From assembly GCA_951406725.2 (NCBI GenBank), contig OX597822.1, positions 1,178,001-1,242,000 of the forward strand: a stretch of DNA of 64,000 bases. The letters run 5' to 3'. A model generated the notes under the pieces. That model searched no databases. It was not told the origin of the DNA and was given only the letters and a program-made list of their open reading frames with translations. The translations under genes and the position numbers were made by a program. Origin of the DNA: Octopus vulgaris. Lineage: Eukaryota. Positions 13,911-28,128 of this stretch are shown in pieces (positions within the stretch are counted from its first letter, which is position 1; each line of letters opens with the position of its first letter).

Positions 13911-14831
13911 CACACAGAGGATACATTATAATAATAATGTGGCCACCGTTAATGGTGGATCACCTGAAGATGATAACGATATCGACTGACTAAAGTTAGG
14001 AATAAAATAAGGTAAAATATTTTGAAGAAATTGAAAATATTTTCCTCAATTTTTCATTCCGCTTTGGTGAATCTAAATATATTTGTATCTAAATTTAAAA
14101 TAATGTATAAGAAAAATGACCATCGTAAGATTGGTATATATTGCAAAACACAAACTTGTTTTACTAAGCAATTTCATAGGATGTTTCCTGAATCTGACTC
14201 CTTTCCTCTGATATAGCGTGAGACTAAGAGGTCATGTCCGTAAACTCCTTTTCTTTATGCTGGAAAAACGTTTATACAATATGTCGAGAATATAAATTCC
14301 TAATATAACACACAATTAGGAGTAATTATATGCATTCATAGAAACATCAAGTCGTTCGTCTGCTTTGTGACCCAGGTAGAATTATGAAAAGAAGAGGTTT
14401 TCTCTGCGTACATATATTTGTTGCTTTCGATCGATGGGTACGATCGTATTTACAAAGGTCAAATTTGGGGAAGCTCTTTGATGACAGAAGAGTAATAACC
14501 AACAATGCAAATCTTGCAATGTTGCAACAAGCAACAAAAATATTTCTCTATTATTGTTCCATAATGGAATGGATAACGTATTCTTTCTTTTCTCTTAGTA
14601 TAATCATTTCTACAATTTGTTTGTCGATGGGTCATAATCCATGACCTAATTAACCTACGTATGGGGGTTGTTAACGAAGTTTGGTTTATAATCATAAGCA
14701 ATTTATCTCATGTTCAAGGGACGAAATATTCAATTACAATTGTATCATCAATATTAAAGCTGATGGCAAGTTTTTTAGATTCCCAGATTTGTCAAAACGC
14801 CTGTGTTAGTACTCGATTGCTATATATATTG

Positions 14832-14911
<80 letters not shown>

Positions 14912-14960
14912 ACATACATATATATAATATTATTTTATAAGCTTTAAGCTTATAAAATAC

Positions 14961-15003
<43 letters not shown>

Positions 15004-15051
15004 ATAATTTACAGAATCGTAAAAACCGACACTGCTTAACAAAACCATCGC

Positions 15052-15112
<61 letters not shown>

Positions 15113-15469
15113 GTGCTCTTCCGTGAAGTTAATATTTGCAAAATCCTGTACTACATCTGATGAATATATTTGCGTGTGTGCGTTTGAGCTGAAACCGGTT
15201 GACAACCGTTGTCTTGTTTATGTACTCATTCAACGGAAGAAACTGATAGGATAAATATCCGATTTAGAAAAGAAATGGAGGTCAATTTGTTCGAGTAAAC
15301 GATTCAAGAGAGCGCCCCAGTGTAGCTTCAATCCAGAGACCAAAATAAGTGAGGCAATAAAAAAAAGCTTACTTCATAACAGCTTACTTCATATGTATTT
15401 TTGCCTATTCTGTCAACGCATTTCATCTTATCTGACGTAACATAATTTCTTGGATTTGTATAAAAATCC

Positions 15470-15735
15470 GGGGTTATTTTTGAAAGAGATTCAGAAGCTG
15501 ATGCAGACTTTCCGGAAACTGACCCTATTTTATCAGATGAGATCCCTTTCCATTTCTTTCATGTTATTGTTTGAAGGTGCGTTTTATTGTTTTTATATTC
15601 TAAATCCCAATTTCTGATCTAGATATTTCCAGAATGTTCCATTATTGACAAAAATAATCTCACCATCTCAAACCACCCAGGAAGACTATATGAAACAAAG
15701 TGGAGTGGTTTTGGTTGAATAACCCAACGGGTACA
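15470..15735 (-). pseudogene. Possible decayed Tc1-like transposase C-terminus
   Basis: Frameshifted minus-strand peptides IMEH/FWKYLDQKL and KWKGISSDKI resemble the Tc1 C-terminal IEhhW...EW motifs; weak. Confidence 0.3.
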
Positions 15736-16748
15736 GTTCTTTCTTTATTCAGTGAGATATTATTCGTCTCTATTCAATAATCTACTATCAGAGGAGGTAA
15801 TATAAACATACATACATGCATACATTCATACATACATATATATATGTATGTATATATGTATGTATATAACTGGATATATATGTGTGTGTATATGTCTGTG
15901 TTTGTGCATGTATGTATGTATACACTTAAATGGAGAGCCATAAATACTATAAGTTTAATGGAGAGTGAATGTTTTTCAAAACGAAAATTATTTGGAAATT
16001 CATTAGGAAGTGAAACAAAAGAACTAGCGTGAGAATAAACTAAGTCTGTATGTATAAGGCAATTTGGCATAGAAGTGCGGATATGAAGGTGGTGGGAAGG
16101 TTAACGTTAGAAATTTAATACGTATGTGCACAATGATTAGATACTACATCTAAGAATATATAAACCGTGTAAGGGGAATATCTTACGACGCTAAAAGTAA
16201 ATATTGACTTAAAGACGTGAATTTCTCAGAAATGTAAATAAGCACTATAATAAAAATGGAATCGGAAACCAAGATTTTCTTATATTCTAATCTGTTTGGA
16301 AGCCTACCTGGAAGTGTGTTTACAAGACGACGAAAGCTCAGATCATACATTTATACCGTTGGAATTCGATTACAAGATAAACACCATTTTTTAAATTGTT
16401 AGACACAATCCTCAATTCAGTTTTTAACCCAATAATCCATGGCAGCATTTGGGTCCAGAATCAAGCACCGATCATATTATTTTTAAAGTATATAGGTTTG
16501 TATACTTCGATACGGCTGTCATGATTTATCCGTCAGGGTTAATCAGATATTTCGTCACAAATTTCGTACCTGAAATATTGCCTAAAAATATTTTGGTGGG
16601 CATTGTAGTAATTTCAAACAGTTAGCAACAAGTAGACACCCATCTTACGCGCAGGATATTCTGTTTCTTTAGCATATATTTTAAATTCACAATTTTATTT
16701 ACACAAAAATTTTGGTTTATACAAAGGCATTGCGTATGCCCGTTTACT

Positions 16749-16794
<46 letters not shown>

Positions 16795-16799
16795 CACTT

Positions 16800-16948
16800 C
16801 TACTCTTTTACTTGTTTCAGTCATTTGACTGCGGCCATGCTGGGCACCGCCTTTAGTCGAGCAAATCGACCCCGGGACTTATTCTTTGTAAGCCCAGTAC
16901 TTATTCTATCGGTCTCTTTTGCCGAACCGCTAAGTGACGGGGACGTAA

Positions 16949-16955
<7 letters not shown>
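16800..16955 (-). mobile_element. SINE 3' half (family of 10951-11362)
   Basis: Reverse complement of the body and tail ggcggtgcccagcatggccgcagtcaaatgactgaaacaag. Confidence 0.85.
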
Positions 16956-16998
<43 letters not shown>

Positions 16999-17184
16999 TT
17001 ATATTATACCACCGCTCCACACTAAAATCCCTCAAGAGTTTCCAAATTGTAGATGTTTTGTGTTAACAAATGACAACCAAAGATCTTATCATATAATGGT
17101 TTTCATATTCCCTTCGTCTAAATCGTCCCACCTTCATTAACGATCTCTGACGTTTCAAACTTTCAATAAATGTTAAATATATAT

Positions 17185-17410
17185 TTGTTTATTGCCCACA
17201 AGGAGCTAAACATAGAGGGAACGAACAAGAACAGACAAACGGATTAAGTCGATTACATCGACCCCAGTGCGTAAGTGGTACTTTATTTATCGACCCCGAA
17301 AGGATGAAACAGTCGACCTCGGCGGAATTTGAACTCAGAACGTAACGGCAGACGAAATACGGCTACGCATTTTGCCCGTCGTGCTAACGTTTCTGCCATG
17401 TCGCCCCCTA
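17185..17410 (-). mobile_element. SINE monomer (family of 12373-13139)
   Basis: Reverse complement of ggcagaaacgttagcacg...ttctgagttcaaattccgccgaggtcgac. Confidence 0.85.
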
Positions 17411-17754
17411 TAAATGTTAAATATTTATGTTGTTATTTAAGGAGTTCCGTTTCTTCTTCAAAGTATCGACACACAGACGCACGCCTTCATACACACACGC
17501 GTGCGCGCACGCATACACAAATGCAAATGTTTATATGTTTCTCTAAATATATGTATATAGATTATATAAATGCGTTTCTATGACTATGTATGTGTTGCGC
17601 GTGTGTGTACGTATTCGGATCTATTGGTATGTCCATTGACGTGTGTCAATGATAGGAAGAAAGGGTGATGCGAATTAGCCGCATTTTCTAAATTTTCCAG
17701 TGATAATATATACTGTTATATAGCTCTATCACAAAATGGGAAAAAACAAAACAT

Positions 17755-17826
<72 letters not shown>

Positions 17827-18489
17827 TGTATTTCAGTATATGAATATATTTCCACCAACGCTGCTTAGTGTTCCTGTATTTGATCAATTCCAGCTTGATG
17901 AAGCGCTTTGCACACATCGGCAAATTTACCATTTGCTATTCTTAATATAAGAACAGCAGCATTTGGCTGAGTATGAGCAATAGATTCGGTGTCCTTCGCT
18001 AATGAGGCGTAATGATGCAGAAACACGTGACCTAGGTTCCAATGCCGTCATTCATATGTGGTGGGTTATCTGTAAGGAGAATTTCACTCTCGAGATAATT
18101 TCTACAGTGAAATTCTTTTCACGTTTGAGTGTATACGAACGTGGTGAATATAATTATATACACCTGTACTGCAATCAACGTTGTTCAGTGCGCCTATTGT
18201 TAGAGTGTATCGCCTCGCCCACCTCCCAACAGCAACCCACCACACCACACACCACTACACCATACACCACCATATCACACAACACATCACATCTCAACAC
18301 ACCACTACGCACACACCAACATTGACCACTTCCCAGACATACATTTTCACACCTACACATACACACACGCACACGTCAAGATTACCAGCCCTCTTCTACA
18401 CGCATATACAAGCTCTCTTACTCACACGCACGCGCGCCTTGGTCTTGGGATCACCACTACTTTATTATCTCCCCTTAATCTCTAGCTCT

Positions 18490-18710
18490 CCTGTGTGACC
18501 CTTCTGTCAGGCACTCGTCATGATAGATCGCTAGCCACTACACATTCTTTATTTTCTCTTCTTGTTTCTCTCTGTGTTCCTTTCTGTGGAAGAGCGTAGG
18601 CTCGAAACGTTAAAGACTTTTTCACTTTCCGAGCGTTATACTAATACATCTGTCTGTTGTCTACACCACCTGTCTTCGTCTTTTGTTCTTTTTGGGAGTT
18701 CTCCCTATAA
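18490..18710 (+). mobile_element. Hammerhead-bearing short element, second family
   Basis: Motif cuuu CUGUGGA a gagc guag gcuc GAAAC GUU aaag at 18580-18615; homologous to 23720-23950 on the minus strand. Confidence 0.65.
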
Positions 18711-20366
18711 ATAAATATATATATATTGAGTGTGTGTCTGTATGCTTTGTGTAACTATTATTCAGTAAATTGTAATGATCTACAAAATTGCTATTCTCTT
18801 TGAAGTGTTATAATGTAAACAACGTGTGATGGGGATATAAAAGCCATAACTAGATTATGGGGTAAGGAGCAATATTCATAGCAATGTTTATGACGGCGAA
18901 ATGCTGATTCATTGGCCAAGAGGTGGCACACATTCGAAGAAATAAGTTATGCTTCTGCCAGCAATGATCTATTTTGTATGCTCCACAGGTGGTATATGTC
19001 GCATAATTAATTCAGCTTTACATGTATCTTATTGTTTGTTCGTATGCATGTATGTATAAAGTTATGTATGTGCATATATATACGTACAAACATACAAACA
19101 TATAAATACACACATACACATATATGTGTGTGCATATTTAAAGTACATGCACGGCCCATGACTGTTGTGCACACTGCAAACGAATAGAGCTATATTGCAC
19201 AAGAGTTAGGGAAGGAAGACAGCAGATCCCTTGGTAAAGGTCTGTTTGGGTTTAGAATTAATGGTGCAGCAAAGAGGATATGTATGCCTTCCGTCAGAAA
19301 ATCCGCAGGGAAAGCCACTTGATGACTTTCAATTATGGTTTGGTTGGGGAGAAGATCCAGGGCATGATGTGGGTGAGATAAAAGTGGAATATGATCAACA
19401 TTTGTAGATAACCTGGGCAAGCGAGAGGTTCTGATGTTGTATGAACCGAAACAACCTTAGATCCTAAAAACGTCATTGAGTGTATGCATCTCAAGGCATC
19501 TCTGAGATATAAATCAGAACTAATGCCTGTGAGTCTGTGTGTGAGCATCGGTAAGAACAAACATATGACTTGAATAGAAAATCTCGTGTCAGATGATTCT
19601 ATTGAAAAGTTTGGAAAACACGGTCTTGTCCACTGTGTTACTAGCACGGATTTAATGCAAGCAGTACCTTCCGCCTGGTCTAAATCCGTGCTGAATTTCA
19701 ACGTACAATATGTCGATTAATATTTACGGACCATTTCGAGTAGATGTACACATATACTTCAAATTTTATCACTTCCCTCTACTATTCGAATTTGAGACAC
19801 TCTCTCAGATAGCGTCCAGTTTCATATCATGCATATATTTAAGGATATAGTAATTTGGATGTCCAACGCTGCACATGTCATCCGCAGCCAATGTCAGCTG
19901 CCATTCAGAAGCAGGAACTTGTGTTTATATATATGTATGTATATATATAACTGACTGGGGAACACTGATCCAACGAGTAACCGAGAGTCGACTTCGACTG
20001 GGCGGATATATATATATATATTGCACGTATACATACGTGCGTATATATATACATATATATGTACATGCATGTATATATATATGCAAGTATATATATACAT
20101 ATACACATGCAATATATATGTGTATATATATATATAAATATATATATATCGGTATATGAGTATATATATATATATATATAAATGTATATATATATATATA
20201 TGAATATATAAATATATACTAATGTATATATTTATGTATGTATATATGTGTATATAAATATATGTACATATATATGTTTATATATATAAATGTATGTATA
20301 TATATATCTATCTATATAAATGTATATATATGTATATATATGTATATACATGTATATATATAAATG

Positions 20367-20413
<47 letters not shown>

Positions 20414-20858
20414 GCAGATATATGCATGCATATGTATATGTATATGTATATATAAATATATATATATATAAAGGCATGGCTGCGTGGTAACTACTTTACG
20501 TACCAACCACCTGTGTATATAGGTATGTATATATATTTATATATATATATAGGTATATATCTGTATATATATATATGTGTATATAAATAGGTATACATGT
20601 ACCTATTTATGCAATTATATATATATGTATATATATACATGTGCATGTATATATATATATATATATATATATATGAATATATATATGTATATATATGTGT
20701 GTATATAAATATATATGTGTATATATATATATGCATATATTTATGTATATATATGTGTGTTTATATATTTGAATGTATGTGTATATGTATATATATGTAT
20801 GTGTATATATATATATGTGTTTATACATATATATGTATATATGTGTGTATATATATGC

Positions 20859-20894
<36 letters not shown>

Positions 20895-20895
20895 T

Positions 20896-21265
20896 CATGA
20901 ACAGACGAATCCAATGATGAATCTGTGTATATACACAAATTTTGTATATAAATGTACCGTGCACACAAGGGTAGGGTACTGTGTTTACATTTCTGTGACG
21001 GCTTATACACGTAAGAATCGTAATTGTAACCCTGACGATCAATAAATCTCATTGAACATATTTGGCCAATTGGTTATGGTGGCTGAAGAAGGATAAAATA
21101 AAGTACAGCATAACTTGGTCCATAGCAAGTCACACGAAACCATGCAATATAACTTCCAAAATATGTCGTCCCTGCTCCGAGGAGTGCCTGTCTATTCTGT
21201 GGACTAATGAGAAGATCATTAATATAATTTCTGAAAGACTCTCGAGATGACCACGCGCATATAAT
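20896..21265 (+). pseudogene. Decayed GIY-YIG endonuclease C-terminal region of a Penelope-like retroelement
   Basis: Frameshifted peptides [36 protein letters not shown] and LANWLWWLKKDKIKYSITWSI..CRPCSEECLSIL..IINIISE match the recalled pattern CP...C...VY...YIG.T...K.R..NH / LS.hhW.LK....I.W.I...C.LC..EK..I....LN...E. Confidence 0.7.
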
Positions 21266-21626
21266 CGTACATTCACACCATGAATTTTAAGTAACTGTTA
21301 GCATAATTTACATTAAGGCATGGATGGCTTAAGTTTACTGTTAATCTCCTCATCCTTACAGACAACAAGTACATAGCTAAATCTCTGTGTGATCACGAGT
21401 GCGCAAAACTTCACGTGTCCGTATGTTCTCATTTTGGCGGATGATTGTATAGGCGAATACACTCACACCATGCAGCTTGTATTGCCCGTTCGTTTCTCTT
21501 TTTCCATCTGTGATTTTATTTTTGATTTTCTACGTACATGAAGTTACTGCCACCGTCGGGCGGCTTTGCATTCTACAAAACAAGAAGTTACGTTGTGGAA
21601 CTAATATTTTAAGGAGTTGTGTCTAT

Positions 21627-21733
21627 TTATCACCTGATGAGATACATCCGCACCGCTGCATGCTCCTGAACCAGTGGTCGACTGTCCCACGCTTCAGTGA
21701 TCGATGCTAGATGTGTCGAAACACTTGGGATTA
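21627..21733 (+). ncRNA. Hammerhead-like motif with long stem II, in the PLE 3' region
   Basis: CUGAUGA (21634-21640), gauacauc...gauguguc stem enclosing a further hairpin, GAAAC (21718-21722); stem III and cleavage triplet decayed. Confidence 0.55.
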
Positions 21734-21794
21734 CTAACAAATTTGTGTATGTTCCACCTTCCGTCTCTCTTCTGCCTTGTATATGTATATAACA

Positions 21795-21829
<35 letters not shown>

Positions 21830-21849
21830 TATATATATGAATAAATAAA

Positions 21850-21887
<38 letters not shown>

Positions 21888-22041
21888 ATGTACGTATATG
21901 TATATATATGTATATATGTGTATATATGAATATAAATATATGTATGTGTAAATAGGTATATATGTGTATATATGTGTATATATATGTACATGTATATATA
22001 TGTATATATATGTATGTGTATATATATGTATATATATATGT

Positions 22042-22102
<61 letters not shown>

Positions 22103-22185
22103 CATACATATATATATACATATACATATATATATATATGTATATGTATAGATATATATTTGCACAAATATATATATGTATATAT

Positions 22186-22389
22186 AGTTAATCCAAACAT
22201 GAAAGCACAAAAAACACAACAACGCGAGGACGTGGAACAAATATAGTATTATTGGACGCTCAGGAAAGAAGGAAAGGAGGAGGGTTTAACGTTTCGAGCG
22301 GAGCTCCTCGTCGGAAACATAGGAGAAGGAAGAATCCAGAAAAGGGAAGACAGAGGAAAAAAATCGCCAACGGTACACACGAGGTCACA
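22186..22389 (-). mobile_element. ~205-bp hammerhead-bearing short element, copy 2
   Basis: Matches 7911-8115; motif at 22284-22318 (guuu CCGACGA g gagc ucc gcuc GAAAC GUU aaac). Confidence 0.8.
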
Positions 22390-22584
22390 ATGTATATATA
22401 TATGTAAATATGTGAATATGTATATATGTATAGGTATATATATGTATATATATATATGTATATGTATAGATACATATATATATATGTACATATATATGTA
22501 TATATATATGCATATATATTTATATATATGTATATATATGTATATATATGTACATATATATGTATATATATATATATATAAATA

Positions 22585-22633
<49 letters not shown>

Positions 22634-22905
22634 ACATATATGTACATATATATATTTATATATATGTAGATATATTTGTATGTCTATACATATATATGAT
22701 TCAACGCGTCGCTGGGAACTTACAACCTTATAGTCGTTAACCGAATTCCCTAACCACTAAGACACGTGACTTGATATCTATATTTGTATATATATGCACG
22801 CATATATATTCATATATATGTGTGTATATATATGTATACATATATGTATATATATATATATATAAATGTATATATATATATATGTATATATATGTACATA
22901 TGTAT

Positions 22906-22941
<36 letters not shown>

Positions 22942-23228
22942 GTACACATATATATACATATGTAAATATGCATATATATATACGCATATATATGTGTATA
23001 TATTTGTATATATAAATAAATATATGTATATGTATATATGGATATATACGTTTACATATATGAATGGATATATATGTGTATATATGAATATATGTATATA
23101 TATACATTTATATATGCATACATATATAAATATATATTTATATATGCATACATATATATACATATATGTATATATACACGTATATGTATATGTGCCTATA
23201 TATATGTAAATATATATATGTATATATA

Positions 23229-23312
<84 letters not shown>

Positions 23313-23719
23313 TATACGTAATGCATACAGAGGACAACGAATGTTAAGGCAAGGCAAACACCTCAAGTTATATACAATATTATTATTGGGAAAAAATTCA
23401 GAGCCTTATAGCCGTTTCTTGGATATCTGCGAGTATGAGATATTCCGTTATAAGAGAGAGATAGGTCGAAAATGGTGAAAAAGAGAATGGTATATATGAA
23501 GGAGATGTAGTCACTTGTGCCTCCTCTTTACCAATTCTATATCCGCGGCATTGGAAATCTGCAATGGCTCCATAACACCGTCTCGTCTATAACTTTTGAG
23601 CATCCAACCAGCGTACCTAATCATGTAGATCATCCGTGAGCTATACCCCTATACATTACACACACACACACACACATACACACACACACACACATACACA
23701 CACACACACAGCATTCACA

Positions 23720-23848
23720 AAAAAATCAACACAAAAGAAGAAGATAGGTGTCTGAACAACAAACACATGTATTAATTCAACGCTCGGGAAGTGAGAAAGA
23801 CTTTTACGTTTCGAGCCCACGCTCTTCAAGAGAAGGGAACACAGAGAT

Positions 23849-23917
<69 letters not shown>

Positions 23918-23950
23918 ATAAAAAGGTTTAGTGGCTAACGTCAGATCATA
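23720..23950 (-). mobile_element. Hammerhead-bearing short element, second family, with (GA)n expansion
   Basis: Homologous to 18490-18710; degenerate motif at 23801-23836 (CUCUUGA a gagc gugg gcuc GAAAC GUA). Confidence 0.6.
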
Positions 23951-24014
23951 GATATATGTATGTATATATATATATATATATATGTATGTTTATATGTGTG
24001 TATATCTATATATG

Positions 24015-24092
<78 letters not shown>

Positions 24093-24116
24093 CTCTTGAG
24101 CACCACCAGCAAAAAT

Positions 24117-24295
24117 ATTTTTTCCTCTGTCTTCCCTTCTTGGGATCTTTCCTTCTCCTTGTTTCCGACGAAGAGCTCCGCTCGAAACGTTGAACCCTCC
24201 TTCCCTTCTTTCCTGAGCGTCAAATAATACTTTAATTGTTCCACGTCCTCGCATTGCTGTTTTTTTCTGTGTTTTTTCTGTTTTCTTGTTTGGAT

Positions 24296-24300
<5 letters not shown>
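24117..24300 (+). mobile_element. Hammerhead-bearing short element, copy 3 (5'-shortened)
   Basis: Reverse complement of 7911-8090; motif at 24161-24195. Confidence 0.8.
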
Positions 24301-24376
<76 letters not shown>

Positions 24377-25355
24377 TTGTGTGTGTGTATAAACATATGT
24401 TTATATGTATATGTGTGTATGCAGATACATATCTATATAGTTATATTTGTATAAATATGCAGGTGTGTATCTATATATGTAAATAAATATATGTATTTAT
24501 GTATGTGTATGTATATATGTGTCTATATACACAGGTATATATATATGTATATGTATGTATGTATGTATCTATCTATCAATATATATATATATATATATAT
24601 ATGTACATATATATGTATACGTATGTAGTTATATATGTATATATATATATGTATATGTATGTATATATATATGTATATATATGTAAATATATATGTATGT
24701 ATATATATGTATATATACAAGCATACATATATACATACATACATATGTACGTAAGTATATATATTTATACATGCACATATATATATATACATATATTTAT
24801 ACATGCATATGTATAGATGTATATATATGCATATATTCATACATGCATATACATGTATATATATGCATATATATATGCAAGTATATGTATATATATGTAT
24901 ATATTTATACATGCATATATATATTTATATATGTGTAAAAATGTATGCATGTGTATATATGTTTATACAAGTGTATATTTTTATACTTGCATATATATAT
25001 TTATTTATGTTTTTATATATGTATATGTCTATACATGCATTTATATAGATTTATGTATATCTATATCTCTGTTGATACGTTTATATATATGTTTATATAT
25101 CTGTATGAATCTGGTTCATATATATCTATTTATCTATACATGCATATGTATGTATATGTGGAAACGAGTAAAATGTAATTTAATTATCTAATTGATTTAT
25201 TTGATTCGATAATTTAGTTTGAACAAAATAAGAATGCTTGAGTGGCAATGTCAACATAATGAAGAAATTAACTCACTAGTATAAAGCACTAGTCAACACC
25301 ATACATCGATACTGATAGTAGCTGAAACATTAGCGAAACCGAAAGTATATAAGTA

Positions 25356-25399
<44 letters not shown>

Positions 25400-25495
25400 G
25401 ATAGATAGATCCATATATAGACATGCATGCATACATACATTCATGCATACATACATACATACATACATACATACATACATACATACATACATACA

Positions 25496-25541
<46 letters not shown>

Positions 25542-25544
25542 CAC

Positions 25545-25815
25545 AAACAAAAATTTTGAGGCCTGACCACTAACGTGGACAACCTATATGCTAGATATAG
25601 GCGTCAATATCACCATTTTCCACGAAGAATGTGTTCTCAAGAAAAAATTCAACAAAAAAGCCAAAGTGTAAAAATTTTACAACTTGTCTGTTTTCGTTTT
25701 TTTTGCTGAATTTTTTCTTAAGTACATATTATTCGTGAAAAATGTTGATATTGACGTTTATATCTAGCATACTGGCTGTCCACTTTCTGTGGTCAGTCCT
25801 CTAAATTTTGTATGT
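25545..25815. repeat. Imperfect ~270-bp palindrome
   Basis: ctgaccac/gtggtcag, atgctagatata/tatatctagcat, gtcaatatca/tgatattgac and aagaaaaaattca/tgaattttttctt are symmetric about ~25675. Confidence 0.8.
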
Positions 25816-26243
25816 AAAAAAATGTTTAATCTTCGGATTTTTAAAAATATGCTAGGCCACTTATTTTAATTGATTAATATCAATTTCTACCCTTATTAAT
25901 TAATTATATATATATATATATATGTACATGAGCGTAAACTACTGAAAAAACTCACAATCATATAATATAATGTATATATGTACATATATATCATAATATA
26001 TACATATATATATCGCAACAACTACATGTGTATATATATATATATTTCTATACAGAAATGCACACACACAATCATATATATATACATACAAGCAAATATA
26101 TCTAGGTATATATAAATGGTTGTACGTATATACATACATACATACATATATCCATACATATACATACATACTTACATACCCATATGTGTGTGTGTGTGCA
26201 TGTACAGAATCATTCGGAAATAGGCAAATCGCATATATGCAGA

Positions 26244-26465
<222 letters not shown>

Positions 26466-26509
26466 CATATATATATATATGTATATATATATGTATATAT
26501 ATATATATA

Positions 26510-26682
26510 CTTTATTTAAAAGCAGCAGAAATTAGCAAAGACTGTCCGACGAACGGGAACGTGAAACTCCGAGTAACAGGTTATGCTGAATTTCTGCTGC
26601 TTTTAAATAAAGCATATTACTTTACCCCTGGTATTTGAGTACTCTTATTTCCACCTTGTTTCACATTTATGTGCTTACTCCG

Positions 26683-26684
<2 letters not shown>
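26510..26684 (+). mobile_element. Fold-back short element with hammerhead at the hairpin apex
   Basis: cugu CCGACGA acg ggaa cgu GAAAC uccga GUA acag at 26542-26579; stem I extends ~35 bp (26510-26545 with 26576-26612); homologous to 56467-56655. Confidence 0.75.
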
Positions 26685-26752
<68 letters not shown>

Positions 26753-27233
26753 TTGCTGTCTTTTTCAGAGTTTTTCATTCTTCAACGTCTTATATCACTC
26801 TGTTATTTTAGGTTCATTCTCTGTAATATCGTTTAATTATTTGAAGCTCTGCTATTGTGATGTGTCAAACATCATTCGTCTAATTCCTATCATAATTATG
26901 TATGTATGCATGCATGTATGTATGTCTGTATTTATTTATTTATGTATGTATGTATGTATGTATGACATATGTGCATATTCGCGTGTAGTTTTGTTTATAT
27001 ATACTTATGTGTGTATATATATGTATGTATGTATGTATGTATATACATACATTTATATGTGAATGAATTAAAATTACAAATCCGATAATTAGCATAAATC
27101 TGCACCTTTTACACGCGTACACAAATACTTATGCGTGCTTCGGAAACCACCAACTTCCAGAACGTTCCTCTTTTCCAAAGAAATATCTATATATCGCTAT
27201 ACATTCATTGATACATATATATATATGTGTGTG

Positions 27234-27272
<39 letters not shown>

Positions 27273-27275
27273 CAT

Positions 27276-27345
<70 letters not shown>

Positions 27346-27426
27346 GAATGTAGATACACATATTTGCGCACACATATATACAGCCGGAAAAAAGTGTGTG
27401 TGTTGTGTGTGTGTGTGTGTGTTTGC

Positions 27427-27466
<40 letters not shown>

Positions 27467-27871
27467 GATGACCTAATGAAAAGCAACCATCATCTTCAAG
27501 AATCTATCCGAACTACGCGACTTCTGGATCAAATCGTAAATCAACGCTGCCTCTCCCAATACCTGGAAGGCAGTTTAGTTAGAAACTCCTATTACGTAAG
27601 AAACCGCGAACAAGGCGAAACTAAAATTCTGCACCAAAGGTAGTGAACCCAATCCCACCTGTTGATTTAATCTACAGTTGTCATCAATGTTCTACTACAT
27701 TATAATATAATGTCTACTTAAATAGGTTCTTCACCTGACCACCGAGATTCTAACTTTCATAGATGTCCCATATGTCTTTATACATACATAGCATTGTATA
27801 GGTGTAAGTGTGTGTGTTAAATATATTTTATAAATATGCATGCGTAAATAAACTGTAATTTCTATGTTGTG

Positions 27872-27909
<38 letters not shown>

Positions 27910-28087
27910 CATTATGTATTTAACAGTAAACACACACATATGTTGTGTATATATATTACATCTACAGATATATGCATATATATATATATATATGTATATA
28001 CGTATGTATATATATGTATATATATATATATATATATATTACATCTCCAGATATATGCATATATGTATATACGTATCAATATATATG

Positions 28088-28128
<41 letters not shown>

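Noticed and set aside
19190-19701. Two overlapping minus-strand ORFs as a gene
   Set aside because: Only a faint PHPPYSPDL-like hint (LSHPHHALDL); at best a very old mariner remnant, unsupported
25309-25350. Hammerhead-like ctgatag...gct..agc gaaac...gta
   Set aside because: Core reads CUGAUAG and stem I is only 3 AU pairs; not counted
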